The notes beneath the pieces were generated by a model. That model was not told the DNA's origin. It saw nothing but the letters and a program-made list of their open reading frames with translations, and made no database searches. From the NCBI GenBank assembly GCA_946965045.2, contig OX337237.1, positions 2,232,001 to 2,296,000 on the forward strand: a stretch of DNA of 64,000 nucleotides, given 5' to 3'. Below, in pieces: positions 1 to 12,903 of this stretch (its first letter is position 1; the number at the start of each line of letters is the position of its first letter). Source of the DNA: Epithemia pelagica. Lineage: Eukaryota; Protista; Bacillariophyta. The position numbers were made by a program, and so were the translations under genes.

Positions 1-120
1 ACATCTAGTGCTGATGCCAACACATAGTGTTGTTTTTTCAGTGTATCTTCTCCCAAACAGCAACAAAAGGGAATAATCATCTTTGCATCCTGGAAGCTGG
101 AATAGAAAGCACACCCAATC

Positions 121-1142
121 ATGGAGTATGCTGTCAACTATCTTACAGGCTCCTTTCCGTACTCCGCGGAGTACTTGAATCTCGGTATGGCGTTGGAAGG
201 GGCCATGACTGTGCGACGGGGAATAAACAAGGAGCGAAAGTTACACATGTTCCATGCATTCATGATATCCGTTGTTGCCGCATTTGGGGGTGGTATTTTC
301 AACAGGATATGGATGGGACAAGTCAGTGGGATTATCTCAAACGATCTTTGTATGGGGTCTTGCATCATTGCCTTTGTATTGGTCAACCTGATACCTTTTG
401 GATTCCAAGTATTTGAGTTCTTGCCCGTCAATGTTGTCATTATTTCTTGTGGGCAATTGTTTCGTTCCACCGCAATTCCTGTTTTTGTCAATAGCGCTTT
501 CTTAGCATTCCAAGACAAACCCTCCGCCTACTACCCAATACCAGTGTTCGGCCCTATTATCTACGCAACATTGCTTGGAAATATGGGAGCTTTCCTCTTG
601 AAAGGATTTGAAAAACACATCGAGAATGGTATGCCTTGGCCGATTCAAAATGGTACGCACGACATGTTTACGGGCTCTTCTACAAAGGAGTTCCACCTCC
701 TCTGCATTTTCAACTCTGCAAATCGGATTACTCACATGATATAACAGGCATATTCTGTGCTTCGTTTTACCACTTTTATGTGAATGATAGAGAGGGGCCA
801 ATTGGACAATTGCTGCGACAATATGTTCCACTGGCATCCATGTTGAATATGACCGATGAACTGTTTGCTGCCGTTTTTGTATCGTTGTTTATGCAGATTA
901 CGGGAATTCTCAGAATGCCCGAGTTTCTCGGACCTTCCTTCTCTCCCTTTTCGGGCTACATTATTAGTCCATTTATGGACCTGTCTACTTGGAATGTAGG
1001 AAAGGGAGAAACAGAATGCGCAAAGCATCAAGAAGCAGAAAAGAAGCGGAAAAAGAAGAAGAAAAAGAAAAGCAAAAGCGGCCCGGACACAACCGTACAC
1101 GCTAGTGGAGAAATGGTGGCGGAAACTAAGAAAGATGTCTAG
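121..1142 (+). CDS. TRIC (TMEM38)-like multi-pass membrane cation channel; 2 exons (121-652, 748-1142)
   Basis: Hydrophobic ORFs 121..744 and 636..1142 join across a GTACGC...ATAACAG intron (653-747) to read QNG|IFCASFYHF. AAFGGGI and LLGNMG glycine motifs resemble TRIC channels. The C-terminus is poly-Lys. Confidence 0.55.
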
Positions 1143-1443
1143 AAATCATGTGTAGAGATTATTCAATATGATGTCTGGAATCAGTCTTTTTCCCACACCC
1201 AGGTTACGATGTTGTGGATCTGGAGTGAGTACTCCTACCGTATTGTACATTCTTCCATGTACTTCTCTAGAGGAGTAGGAGCAAGGTTTAGCTCTTTTGT
1301 TGGGGTAGGTGTAGTGATGGTAGATTTCTCTCGGGACTGAAAATCTTCTTCCAACGCCCTTCGCAGGCAGTTGACAATGGGATCTGGACTGTCGAAGGCA
1401 GCACGACAAGCGAGATCCAATTTTTATAAGAAGAAGCACAACA

Positions 1444-2332
1444 ATGGCAAACTTCGGTGAATTGGTGTTAGTGTTGGGAGATTTGCATATCCCACAACGT
1501 GCGTCCAAAATTCCAGCTCCTTTCAAACGCATGTTGGTTCCCAACAAGATGCAGCATGTCGTCTGTACTGGAAACTTGTCGGCGGAAGACTATGCTGAAC
1601 TGCAGTCATTAGCTCCCAACGTCCATGTTGTCGCCGGAGATGTTGATGTCTCTAGTTTTGACGCAGGGCATCAAGATGCATCTGGTTATTACACGAACAA
1701 TACGTCGCCATCTTTTCCCGAAACTTGTGTATTGCAAGTCGGAGCCTTTCGAATGGGTGTCATCCATGGACACCAAATCATTCCATGGAATTCTCGTGAA
1801 TCAATAGAACGGATGAGAAGAAAACTAAATGTGGATATACTGGTCACAGGACATACGCACCAAAATGAAGTCTCGGTGCTACAAAATGATCTTCATTTTC
1901 ACATAAACCCCGTAAGTCAATTATGAGCGTAGTACTTGTGCTCTTGTGAAGACGGTCCATGGAACTGTTGCTGGTAGTAGCAGGGCACAGGATACTTCAA
2001 GTTGCCTTTTCGTGCCCACATTCATGTTCTTAATGAAAACTTTGATTTGCATTGCGGCTCACTTCTTCATACAAATCCACTCTCGATCCATCTACTTTGA
2101 AATACAGGGATCTATAACAGGTGCATCTTCCGCATTGGTAGAAAAGGAAGTCGTTCCGTCCTTCATTTTGTTGGCTGTACAAGATACTAAAGTGGTGTGC
2201 TATGTTTACGAGTTGGTGAATGACGAAGTACAGGTCTCAAAGACAGAGTTTGCCAAAAAAGCATCCACTTCGAGTTCCGGTGGAGAGCCCGACTCGGCCA
2301 ATGCAGCGCTCATGGCATCTCTTTTGTCCTAG
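1444..2332 (+). CDS. VPS29: Retromer subunit VPS29; 2 exons (1444-1911, 2108-2332)
   Basis: LVLVLGDLHIPQRA, MLVPNKMQHVVCTGNL, HGHQIIPW and VDILVTGHTH motifs. Intron GTAAGT(1912)...ATACAG(2107) restores the conserved INP|GSITGA. Confidence 0.93.
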
Positions 2333-2576
2333 AGTAAGGCTCATGGTCTGTTTGAAGTCACTAATTACAATGACACGCCTTTTGCCATAGTTACTATGAT
2401 TCTGTCCAAAACATAGTCACATTGAGCAGTTTTCCAGAGAAAAGGACTAACTCCTATCGACTCCCACGAGAGGAATCATATGACAAGTATGACCAATTGA
2501 AGATGACGAGCTCCAGTTGTGAGCTTCCGTTGTAGGTTGTTTGACCTTCGTCCAAGTAAGCCATCCTAATTGAGCT

Positions 2577-3296
2577 TCATCGTTCTTTACTGAATCCTCC
2601 ATATGCTTGTGCACGTTTCGGTATCTTCGGTTTGTTGTCGTTTCGGTATTTTTCGTCGTTATCGTCCACGACCATGCAAGTTTCCATCAAAAAGAGTATA
2701 CTTGCAACAAAGACAATCAAGAATAGTACAGCATACCCGGCCACTAGACGAACGGGTGCTTCTTCTTTCCAATTGTACTCAACAACAAAGGTATCTGGTT
2801 GATAATTGTACTTGGAGTAAGCCTTGTCGCTCAAAATAACGGAATGAATCATACCGGAACCAGATTTGGAATAGACAAAGGTGATGACCAATTTTTGCAA
2901 TTGTAAGCCCTGATAATTTTTGAATGGTACGTATTCCACGGTTCTCAATCCATCTTCAAAGTAGATATTGAATCCATTGGCTGTTGATGTCTTTTTCATA
3001 CTGTTTGCAGAGTCACTCTGTTTCTTTTGACTTCGGCTCCAATCATCTTCGCCATCGCGGTTGTTGTCGCGGCGGAATTCAACCTTGGTGGATATTCCAA
3101 ATTTAGGCATTTGATTCCGGAGTGCAGTCGTTGCTTTGTTCGATTGTGAGTTAGATGCGGACAACCCCAACGTAAAGGACAAAGGCGAAGAACCGGTTGT
3201 GTCTAATTGAATGGCAGTATCCACGGCATCTCCAACACGATATGCCTCCACAACCACCTGAGTCAACATGACATAGCACAAGACTAAGAACCACAT
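2577..3296 (-). CDS. Hypothetical type-I membrane protein (signal peptide, luminal domain, one C-terminal TM)
   Basis: Part of ORF 2577..3545. The ATG at 3296 gives MWFLVLCYVMLTQVVVEA|YRVGD (signal-like); TM segment LVAGYAVLFLIVFVASILFLM is followed by a basic tail. Confidence 0.65.
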   Translation of the reverse strand: MWFLVLCYVMLTQVVVEAYRVGDAVDTAIQLDTTGSSPLSFTLGLSASNSQSNKATTALRNQMPKFGISTKVEFRRDNNRDGEDDWSRSQKKQSDSANSMKKTSTANGFNIYFEDGLRTVEYVPFKNYQGLQLQKLVITFVYSKSGSGMIHSVILSDKAYSKYNYQPDTFVVEYNWKEEAPVRLVAGYAVLFLIVFVASILFLMETCMVVDDNDEKYRNDNKPKIPKRAQAYGGFSKER

Positions 3297-3562
3297 CAAT
3301 GACACTGAGGCATTTGGTCTATGACCCTTTCTCCTTGCACCTATTTTCGATTCAAGGAAGTAAGATTCATGAGATTTACCGGTAGTGTGGTTGTTGCAAA
3401 CCAGCGCCATGGTAGGGTGGTTTATGATCGGACAACGGAAATCTGAAAAAGAATTAAGGGGTATAGTGGCCAATGCCCCTTTATCGACGATGCGCCACCC
3501 TAACTTTATACTCATAGTCTTCCACCCCATTTTTTGTTTTGACAACCATAGACCAAATCACC

Positions 3563-6500
3563 ATGGCATCACGGCCGACACCGTTTTCAATTGCATTTTG
3601 TGGATTGATTGTTCTTCACTACAAAGATGCAGACTTGAAAGAATCTAGTGGTCGCGAATCGTTCTCTCCACTATATCAATCATTAACGTTGAATGACAAC
3701 GAGAACAATGACATCCACAATGTGACGTGTGAAAAGAACGAAAATGACGAAGAGGACGACACCAGTGACAAGATGACAAATACAGCCATCAAGCGAAAAA
3801 CTAAGCGGCAGCACCAAGAGTCTGTGGAATCATTTTTGCAGGAAATATTGTTCCATCAAGGGCGAATCGACGCGGACAACCGTCCAGTCACTGAAGCAGC
3901 ACACGACAAATCGAACAAAGTTCTTCCCCAATGGGCATACACAACGGATAGCAGCATTTGTGAATTTGTCCTGGCCTTATGGAACCGAGTCGTAGGCGGT
4001 GGGTTATCGCAGGACGGTGAAGGCAAACAAATTGTATCTTCATATTTGGAATGGTTAAGGTAGGTGTTTCCAGTTTTGTGTTTATGGAGGGGATGCGAAG
4101 AAATTACCACTTGCTGGATAAAGGAGTATTTCTCTCATTTTGTTCTGTATTTTTTATACCAATGTACCTATCGATTGGCTGTTCTTCTTTACCGAACCAT
4201 CAACAACAGAATGGCATCGTCTTCTTTGGATGCGTTGATGGACTTTATGGTCACCTTGCAACAAAGTGTGACCAATGCCCTTCCTTTAATTGATGCAACC
4301 AGTGTCAGTGGCAGGTACATCCAATCCGTGTGTTGTTTAGGCTTTGCAGAATTGAGCTTTTCCGAAACAGCTCGACTTTGGAACCATTTTCGTTCCCAAG
4401 TGAACGAGGCTATCGCTGCAATCGAAACTAGGGAAACCAATAACGACGCGAGGGCTGCTGTTTGCACAAAGAACTTTGAAACGAAAAGTCGTACCAACGA
4501 CGAATGGTCTCTTTCCCATGATCAAATGGAGAATCTGTTACGGCACGAGTGCCATCGCTCGGGCCCAATGGACGAGTTAGCAATGACAGAAGATGGGATT
4601 TCACACGTCCTCCAGGACCATCCAGAACTTCCCTCTGCACATTTTTTGCGCTTCCTACATTGCCTTCGTTCGAAAGAGCGTGTCGGTGCAATGGATGCTC
4701 TGCATGCGTATTCAGATTATGTATTGATACGTCGCCGTCATAACCATTCGTCATCCTCAAACACCTTGACACCAGGTTGCGGCGAAGAGAACCGTAACAT
4801 TGCTCTTGAACACCAGCAGATATTGCAGTTTGCGGCTATTTTGCTCGCTGGATTACACTACGAAACGGGAGATGTCACCTTGGCTCGATTGGCCACGGAC
4901 GAAGCCGTTCGTGTCGCGCAACAAAGCCACGCTGATGCCACGGCCTGTGTTGCCTATAGTCTTGGATGGTTGTCCCAAACCACGACAGGTGCAAGTGTCT
5001 TTGCTGCTGCAGCGTCCATTGCTTCAGAAGAGTGGGGTAGAAATGATTCCAGCCTAAGTTATGGTAATGCTCGGGAATGGATGGCTCGTTGTGTGGAACG
5101 ATCCGTAGAAGGTAATTTACGATCTCTCGTGGCTGGGGCCAACCTATCACGAGTTCGACAGCTCTTGGAAAACTCGTTGCTCCTCATGAGCAACCGTAAT
5201 CGCGGGCTTGCCGGAATAGGCTCCCCCGGAAGCAATGCGGTTGTATCGGGTTCCTCTCCATCGTCACCTTTTGCTGTCGTTCAAACAGCTTGGTCCTTGT
5301 TATCTGCTGCAGCTTCTACGGAGAGTACCGAAACAGCGGCTGCTTCCGCTCATTTCAATCCCCCCAACGATCGACCCATGAACATGATGCACTTAGATCA
5401 CTCTCAGGATGCCTTGAGGATCTTGGCACAACAACGTGTCCTCATGGCAGCTGTTTGGGATGCCTACAATCAACCTTCCTCTTCTGGTTTGGCTTCTTTT
5501 CTCGCACTATTGCTCTCAAGTTCGCCCATTTCACACCCATCTCGCCCGCTACAACTAAAACAGGGACAGCCAGTCCATGTAGACAAAATGGACCGAGACA
5601 TGAATGAGGTCGATAACTGTCTGTTGTCACCCAGTTATGTGGCTACTTCAATTCAAAACGTCGCTCGAACCGCCCTGTATGGATCGGAACAGACGGTTCT
5701 GCTTGGATGGTACAATTGTCGTTCTAAGGAGAGAACCGTTATCAAGGATTCCGCTTCGACCTATGACTGTGATTGTGTCTATGGGAAAGCCGTTCTGCAG
5801 ATATCGCACTTACGGAGAGTCTTTGGTGTTCTTCCGGACGATTCCTCTGTAATTCAAGAGACTGCTTTGATTTTGCATGAGTGGGCTGTGCGGCGGGGCG
5901 ATTTAATGGATGCTCAGGCCTGGATGCGGTTCATGCTCAGCAACATCCACCCAGGGATGGCGAATAATGCTCAAATCCAGATTGACGTCCGTATCCAGGA
6001 AAGTCTTCTTCTATCTGCACAGAAAAAGTGGGATGAAGCGACGCATATTCTAAAAGAACAATTACATGTATGCAAGATGATTGGGTTTCCGACACAAACA
6101 GCTTGGGTCTTGCTGAGGCTTGCCTATCTCTTGATTCAGTCTTCTGCGGACAATGAAATGCAGCAGGAGCTTTTGTCCAATGTAGTTAACGCACTTCCGT
6201 TTCTTTTCGAGTGCTTGGAAGTTTGCGACGAACACGGAATGGATGGACTTCATGCAGTTGCCATGTCAGTCTTGGCGCAAGTCCATGTCCGCATGGCGCG
6301 TTATGATTCTGCAATTGCCATCGTCGAAGCTGTCCTTCCCAAGGTCCTTCAACAAGGACACGTTTGGTTCCAGGCAGAGGTCTACTTGACACTGGCCAAA
6401 GCCTATCTCATGCGCCTCAAACGTCTGAACAAGGCTGACAGCGTTAAGAAAGGCAAGTCTCTCGAAAGAGTGAGAAATGTTTCTAGTCTCCGCACGAAAC

Positions 6501-6799
6501 AACAGGAATCAGTTTTGAAAATGGCGATTCAGGCTTTATCGCAAAGTGAAGAGCTGTTTTCGCGTTGCCAAGACGGCATGAAATTGAAAGAAGTTTGTTA
6601 CCTGAAGGCTCACTCATGGAACATGATGCCACAGGCAACGAAGGAACGAGAAGAAGCCTCGCAGAGATTTCTTGCTGTGTCGAAATATTTGGGTGAAGCA
6701 ATTCGTACACGCCCGTCAACAGTGTCATTTGAAAATGCATTGCTTGCAGGTGACCAGCTTATGAAACTGGACGATTTGGCTCTGCGTTGCTATGTCTAA
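3563..6799 (+). CDS. ANAPC5: Anaphase-promoting complex subunit 5 (TPR-like); probable intron 4060-~4210
   Basis: The APC5-domain signature AMDALHAYSDY...FAAILLAGLHYETGD...ATDEAVRVAQQ...CVAYSLGWL is present, with a TPR-like helical C-terminus. ORFs 3539..4063 and 4064..6799 are in the same frame; a GTAGGT...CAACAG intron removes the stop (LEWLR|MASSSLDAL). Confidence 0.8.
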
Positions 6800-7263
6800 G
6801 ACAAGGCATTGAGACAAAGTTCTCTGCCGCAAGCACGGGGAAGCTTCTCTTACCGGAGATATCGTCAAGGTCAACGAATTCATTGGCGCTCGTCTGTTCT
6901 TATCCATTGATACAGTAGCCTTGACCGTCAAATCACGGGACCTTGAGTTGTTTTGACAATCAGCATCGACGACAGCTAGTTAGATCGTAGTGTGTTGCCT
7001 ATGTTGCCTGGCGGACAAGAGCGACGTCTGTTAGGGTAACACAACGCCTTTCCCTTTGACTGACACGCATGTTGAAGCAAAACATCACCAGAGCAGTCAC
7101 GTGATTCTTCTATGCGAACAGGTCCCAGACATACTTCGTGCGGTTGGCACATGACAGCACAACAGACAGACGGCCATCACAAACCATATCATACAAGTAT
7201 GTCAAACTATTCGGAATCTATCAAGCACGTTCTAAATGTGAGGTTTTCCCAGTATTTTGGCTA

Positions 7264-7884
7264 TCACAAATCCATATCGAAAATGCCTTGCTCGTCACTG
7301 GAATCGAAAGCAGCTTCTGGATGAGAATGAGTCTCAACCTCAAAGCCTGTTATTGACCATTCATCGGTAGTGTAACCCACAAAGTCTTCAGGCTTCTTCC
7401 CAGGTTCTTGAGGTTCCGTGTCTTGCGGAATCAGGGGACAGAGATCTTGTGAAACAACAGCAGGGTACACTGCTTGATTAGGGGAATGAAAGAGATCATT
7501 TGTAAACGGTTGTGCGTAGTCTCCACCCTCCACAATGGTAGGCGCGTTGTCTTCGTATCCCATCTGGCGATGGCGCTCTCGGAGGCCGTTGACCATGCGG
7601 TAAAACATACGGATTTCCCGTTGTTCTGCAGCCACTGTGTCCATGTGAAGCTGGATTTCGGACGGCGTTCGATCGATGTGAGATCGTGGAAGAGGTATAT
7701 TCGCTGACCGAACAGAAGCACCTGAAACTCCCAATTCCTCCATTGTATCCGCTATGGATTCCGTTGGCGAGCTGAGCGGATAATTTCTCGAATGCACATC
7801 AACTTCACATTGGTAATCCACTTCCTTCATCTCTTTGACTTCAATTGCGTCTAGTGCGAGGGTCAGCTTTTGCGTGTGTATCAA
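7264..7884 (-). CDS. Hypothetical acidic protein (start codon uncertain)
   Basis: 206-codon ORF with a helical core (AEQREIRMFYRMVNGLRERH) and acidic tail (EQGIFDMDL). The ORF opens on TTG, so the true start is an internal ATG or an upstream exon. Confidence 0.5.
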   Translation of the reverse strand: MIHTQKLTLALDAIEVKEMKEVDYQCEVDVHSRNYPLSSPTESIADTMEELGVSGASVRSANIPLPRSHIDRTPSEIQLHMDTVAAEQREIRMFYRMVNGLRERHRQMGYEDNAPTIVEGGDYAQPFTNDLFHSPNQAVYPAVVSQDLCPLIPQDTEPQEPGKKPEDFVGYTTDEWSITGFEVETHSHPEAAFDSSDEQGIFDMDL

Positions 7885-8430
7885 TTAAGCATACTCAATG
7901 AGAAAAGACGCAAGATTCGACCATGTTCAATTCCCTGAATGGGCGTATTGTGGGCTCATTGGTTTTCCGTGTTTTCCGTTTTGCGAGGAATGAATTTGAG
8001 ATGGGAGATTTTAGATTTGACATCAGATGTCAAAAAATGCAAGTATCACTATAGGGTCAAAGAGTAGAAGAGAGATACGGAGTATCTCGAAAACAGTAGT
8101 GTTCAAGACTATGGAGACTACTACTTGGTTCTTGGTGACACTGACACGCTTGGTGAAGTAGAGGCGTAAAGAGCTACACGTCAGACGTAACAGTTGAATA
8201 AGAACAGAGGTATCTTTCCGACTTTTCTGTCACATGAGTGTCAGATGTCAGACAACAGAATAGTACAATATAAGGAAGATTCATTTCAGACATTCAGCGG
8301 ACATTCTCTGGAATGCATAGCTCTTTCTACGAGTACTCGACATACTACAGTACGAGTAAAGAGAGATTATTGACTATTGACCCTCTATATTGACCCTTGC
8401 GCTAGCTAGAATAGTAGGAGTAGCTAGCTA

Positions 8431-10363
8431 CTCCCTCTGGACCGTATTTGTGGAACGCGCGACCAACGAGTAAAATTAGTCGCCTTAATACATCACGTAG
8501 ACCCTGGTACAAACCTACGGGGAACTGGCCGGCTCATTCGGAGTCGAATTTTAGAGATGAACATACCACGAGACACGTGCCTAAAACTCATCCTAGTCTT
8601 CAACACCAACTCCCCATCGGTATGAACGCTCATTTGTCTCCCTCCACCAGCCACACAAAACAAACAACACGAACAAACAAACCCTTCCTAATATCAAATG
8701 CTGTCCTATGGTGACAATCAATGGCCGTAGCCCCTGGCCGCCTCCTGTCTCACTTGGAGGTCGGCCAGGTATTCAATAGATATACTAGTGTCATTAGGAG
8801 TCTATATGCAAATTGTTGTTTGAAGGATGTGAGTAGGCATCGGTCACCTCCAGAACAAGGGGGAGCTCTCCTCTCCTTTCAAGTGCTTCCTTGCTCATAT
8901 GGGGAATTGCATAATCATTGCCACCCTCCTGCTCAATAATGCAATTGAAACAAGATTGTAATGTCAGCCAGGTATGATTCAGTTTTTCTCTTGGGTATTC
9001 CTCGTAGGCTTTTTGAACTCCTTCAATCAACAGCTTCTCATCCGATCCAACAATCAAACTATAGCTTTGGATTGCTCGAAAGAAACCCAAGTCGCATATA
9101 TTAGTGTCTGGGCTGTTGGCTGCCTGTGTGTAGAACTCTGCATTGATTCCTTTCTCTTTCATTGCCTTGAGAAACTCAACAAAATGTGGATCATTCTCCT
9201 CAATGTGGCTTTTTGCACCGTCTTGTTGAAGTCTGATTTTCCTTCTGTTCCTGTCCCCTTCAGGTCACTTACATAGAATAGCTTCCATCAATTCTTCCAT
9301 CAGTAGGTCCCTGTACACCTTTCTTGTGATTGTCTGGTTTTTCCACACGCGGGTGCCCTTTGGCCTGTTCACGGAAGAGCGTTGCGCCGGAACCCACTTT
9401 CCAACAGGCCAAATGCCAAGCTTTCCATCCCACCAAGCATTCATAGAAGGCACAAAACGAGGTCGGGCGACAGCACATAGGAACATTACCTTGGTGATGT
9501 GTGATTTGTGTTTACATGACCGGTATGGCTTTGGTTCATCATCCGTTAGCAAGAAACGCTGTCCGTCGCGCGACACATGAAACCATTTTTCGTCCAAATG
9601 AATCAAATCCATCATATCCTGGTACTCACCGGGCTTAGTCTTACTGATAAAAGAAGTTGCCATGAGGTATCTGGACAGCTTGTTTGTTTCTGTGAGGTAT
9701 GGACGCAATGAGTTGGTGTGAGATTTCAGAATGCCTCTTTCTTTCCATCGTTGCACAGTTCCCTTGCCAACATCCAACTCGGCGGAGAGTTTTCTCTGTG
9801 TTGTTCGACGAAGTAGAGGGATTGATTTAACGGCCTCCCTAACGATCGGAGACAAATAGATACGCTTTCGTCCGCGCCTGCAAGCCTTGGATCGCATTTC
9901 TGGTGAGTTAATTACGCCCGACACACGAGTCAGCTTGGCACGCGCCCAAAGTTTACTTATAGCGGATCTGTGAACACCAAATTTTTTGGCGACATCTGAA
10001 ATGGCACCATGAGGAAGCTTGCCATTTTTAGCCACGGCCAGGAGAAGCACCATGGCACGTCCACGGTCTTGGGGACGCATTTCCCTTCTCTTTGGACCCC
10101 CCTGGGCCTCCCCTAGAAGGGCTGGGTCTTGAAAGGAGTCAGGGGGCATGAACCGGTACGGCAAAGTTCGACAAGTTTTTTTGGTGTGCTTTAGTTCCCT
10201 CGTATGGCTCCAGAAATGAGAGATCGAACATACAAATTATACATGGAAATGTAGGTCTTGGAAAGACTGACCGATCTATACAATTTTTAGTATAAACGGA
10301 CATAAGCCCGTAAAATTACAGTATTTTTTTTCAATTCGCGACACAATTTCGGTCCAGAGGGAG
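8431..10363 (-). mobile_element. Tc1/mariner DNA transposon, plant/oomycete DD39D-like clade, 1933 bp
   Basis: Left TIR CTCCCTCTGGACCG (8431) and right end CGGTCCAGAGGGAG (ends 10363): 14 bp perfect, ~28 bp imperfect. TA lies on both flanks (8429-30, 10364-65). Internal transposase present. Confidence 0.93.
8794..10164 (-). pseudogene. Mariner transposase with one in-frame TGA (9267-9265)
   Basis: N-terminal HTH (ISDVAKKFGVHRSAISKLW), then LDEKWF, QQDGA and NSPDTNICDLGFFRAIQS. ORFs 9265..10164 and 8794..9162 are one frame joined through ILCK*PEG (KWP expected). Confidence 0.85.
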
Positions 10364-10532
10364 TATGACTAATGATTATGGAGCTATGGGCGTTCCTACT
10401 CCTACCTAGGAGTAGTTCCAAGGTCGATGTTAATAGCGACATAGTTGGCCCATTAGGGGACGACAAGGACGCAGAAAAAAGAATGATTTACCAAGATTTC
10501 AGCCTCAGGTTGGATGGATAAAGGCCAATATG

Positions 10533-12903
10533 CTAAGTCGCCTTGGCGAGTTTCCGCAGTTCACTGTCCAATAGCCTTGTTTTTTCGATAGCTCCCATTG
10601 TTTTCCATGCACCTTCTCCCGCCATCTTTTTCGCATTGAGCATCGCCCTTGGCATGAGTTTCATTTTTATAGCTGGGTCGACTTCAAACGTCTTGTCATC
10701 CTCGTCATCCTCGTCTTCATCGGGCATTTCTTCGTCGTCCTCCCACTCTGTCTGTGGCTCGCGAACTTTTCGAAACTTCACAGCACAGTACAGTCGACTG
10801 ATATCCCATTCGTCTTGCGATATAGAACCGTTGTAGTTCAAGACTTTCATACTATACAAACTGCTGTGAGCTGCGGCGTTTTCCCCTGGATCCTTACGAT
10901 TCTTGAAAAATTCGTGGAAGTTTTGTACATATTCGAGTTCCAATCCAACTTCCTTGCCAAGGGACTCAAGCACTGGAAGCGGAGTCAACCACTCTGGCTG
11001 TATTGAAGTTACGATATGGGAGAAGGTGAGGAAAAAGCATTCTCAGGAAATAAAAGTTTCAGAAACGTACCAAGTTTACGGCGTCTCCAACACCTGCCCC
11101 GTGATCCGCACCTTCCACGAGAGTGAAAGTGTATTCCAGACCAAACAAGTCCTCAGAAATTCCATTGCTTTGGGGTTTACTCTTGAAAATCTTGGCCACA
11201 ATTTCAGGCTCGAAACGAATCCGACAAGCACCTCCTCCGACTTTGATTTCCAAAGGTTCCCTCCCATTGAGGTTATCGTTGTCATGAAAATGAAGATCCG
11301 CCCCGAGATTCATCAAATGGCCAATGACGACTCTCGCATCAATTGTAGTTGCAATGAGGTTCCCGCCTACTTCTAGCAGCTGGCTGACAGTGTGGAAGAA
11401 GCGCCGAGCACGTTTTTGAGAGGACATCATGTAGTGGATAGCAAATTGTATGGAAACGACATCAAACATTTGATTTGGATTGATCCCCCCTCCTCGCTCC
11501 ATCTTGAATTCTGGTGGTGCCGATGTATGTTCTGGTTCACCTTGCAGCGACCATGTCAATAGTTTTTGCATGAGTTTTTGCTTTGGCGACCGCAAACGCC
11601 CTGGAACATCATGACCTAAATCGGCACAAGTGAAGGTGCACTGTTTCAGTCCACGATGTCGCATTCTCCTTGCTCGAATCGCAGCGTCTTTCAATGAACC
11701 TCTCGCAACATCACTTCCCACGTAATCCTTGATCCCCCTCGAATGCAGGATCCATTTTCCCAGGTCACCCCCTTTCCCACAGGCTAAATCCAAAATTCTC
11801 AAGGGACCACCCATTTTCTTCCCCGATCCCTTCGTTTTCGGGTCTAACTCTTGAATTTGTGTTGCCTTGACCCAGCCATTGAAGGCGCGCATATGATATA
11901 ACTGAGAGTCCGCCCGAGTGTCAAGGTTCCGAGTGAGACCGGAATAAAAAGCATCAGCTGCCGCTGCGCCGGTGTCGGCATGAAACTCTTCCTCCTCATC
12001 TTCTTCGCTTTCTCGTTTCCGTTTCAGATCTTGATTTCCAGTTGTCTCACTGTTGTCCCAACCACTGCCGCTAGGGTTGTTGTTGTCATAGGAATATGCA
12101 TTTCCCGAGTCTGGTGGCTGCCAAGAAAAGGCGTCGCCACCTCCATCCGTTCCTTCCGCGTCTGGGGGTTGCCACAAGCCACCAGCGTTCGAGGAATCAT
12201 TTCCCGAGGTTGGTGGTTGCCACAAGTCGCCACTGTCTTGCGGGGATGATGGTTGCCACATTGGTACACCGGAAGATTCTTCTGATTTGGTCTTAGCAGA
12301 CGATTTGGAACTGCTGCTTGCAAGATCTCCCATTAGATATCTCTTGACCTCTGATATGTTTCCCACAAAACAGGAACAAAAGAAGTCTTCCTTATTGTAT
12401 TCGTCGGAACCTATCGGGTCGATTGGTTTGATCATTCCAAATCGTTCCAACTTGTCCTTGGCCAAGATCGCCACCATATTATCTTTTCGTAGCTGTTGCA
12501 TAAATTGGGCGAACGATGAAGAATTTTTTTTATGCTTGGGTTCCAATCTTTTCATATGGTCTTTATCACCTCGTCGAACGCCCAAGGTGCTTCGATGGAG
12601 ACAATCCGGAACTACATCCTCGTCGTCGCTCACAAGTCTGCGTACCACCGGCATGGACAAGTCGGCGAAACCAACAATCGAGAGTTTTCGACTCAATCGT
12701 TCTTTTGGCGCATCGTTGTAGGAATACACAAAGGCGAATGGCTTGACATTGGCGGGCGGCTCCTGCAAGGCATGAAAAAAGGAGGATGTGGTGGAAAGGT
12801 GCAACTCCGTGGCATGTTGCAAGGAATCTTCGGGAGAAAGTGATTGCGGGTATTCGACATCATGCTTCGACGCGGGTTCTTCTATCGGATACGAATAAGG
12901 CAT
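10533..12903 (-). CDS. RNMT: mRNA cap guanine-N7 methyltransferase with long N-terminal extension; intron 10998-11070
   Basis: MRAFNGWVKA, SAM motif ILDLACGKGGDLGKW, FDVVSIQFAIHY and GGNLIATTID. The GTACGT...ATACAG intron joins AVNL|PEWLTPLP. Confidence 0.9.

Noticed and set aside
1146-1547. Minus-strand ORFs between the TRIC-like gene and VPS29 (including 1235..1420)
   Set aside because: Short, non-ATG or overlapping VPS29 antisense, with no recognisable motif.
1444-2332. VPS29 as an active metallophosphoesterase or phage-like phosphatase
   Set aside because: The sequence follows VPS29-specific motifs throughout; the phosphoesterase fold is simply that of VPS29.
9250-9272. GTAAGT at the transposase stop as an intron donor that would remove the TGA
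   Set aside because: The nearest AG gives an implausibly short intron, and the unspliced frame already restores the expected KWP...QQD spacing.
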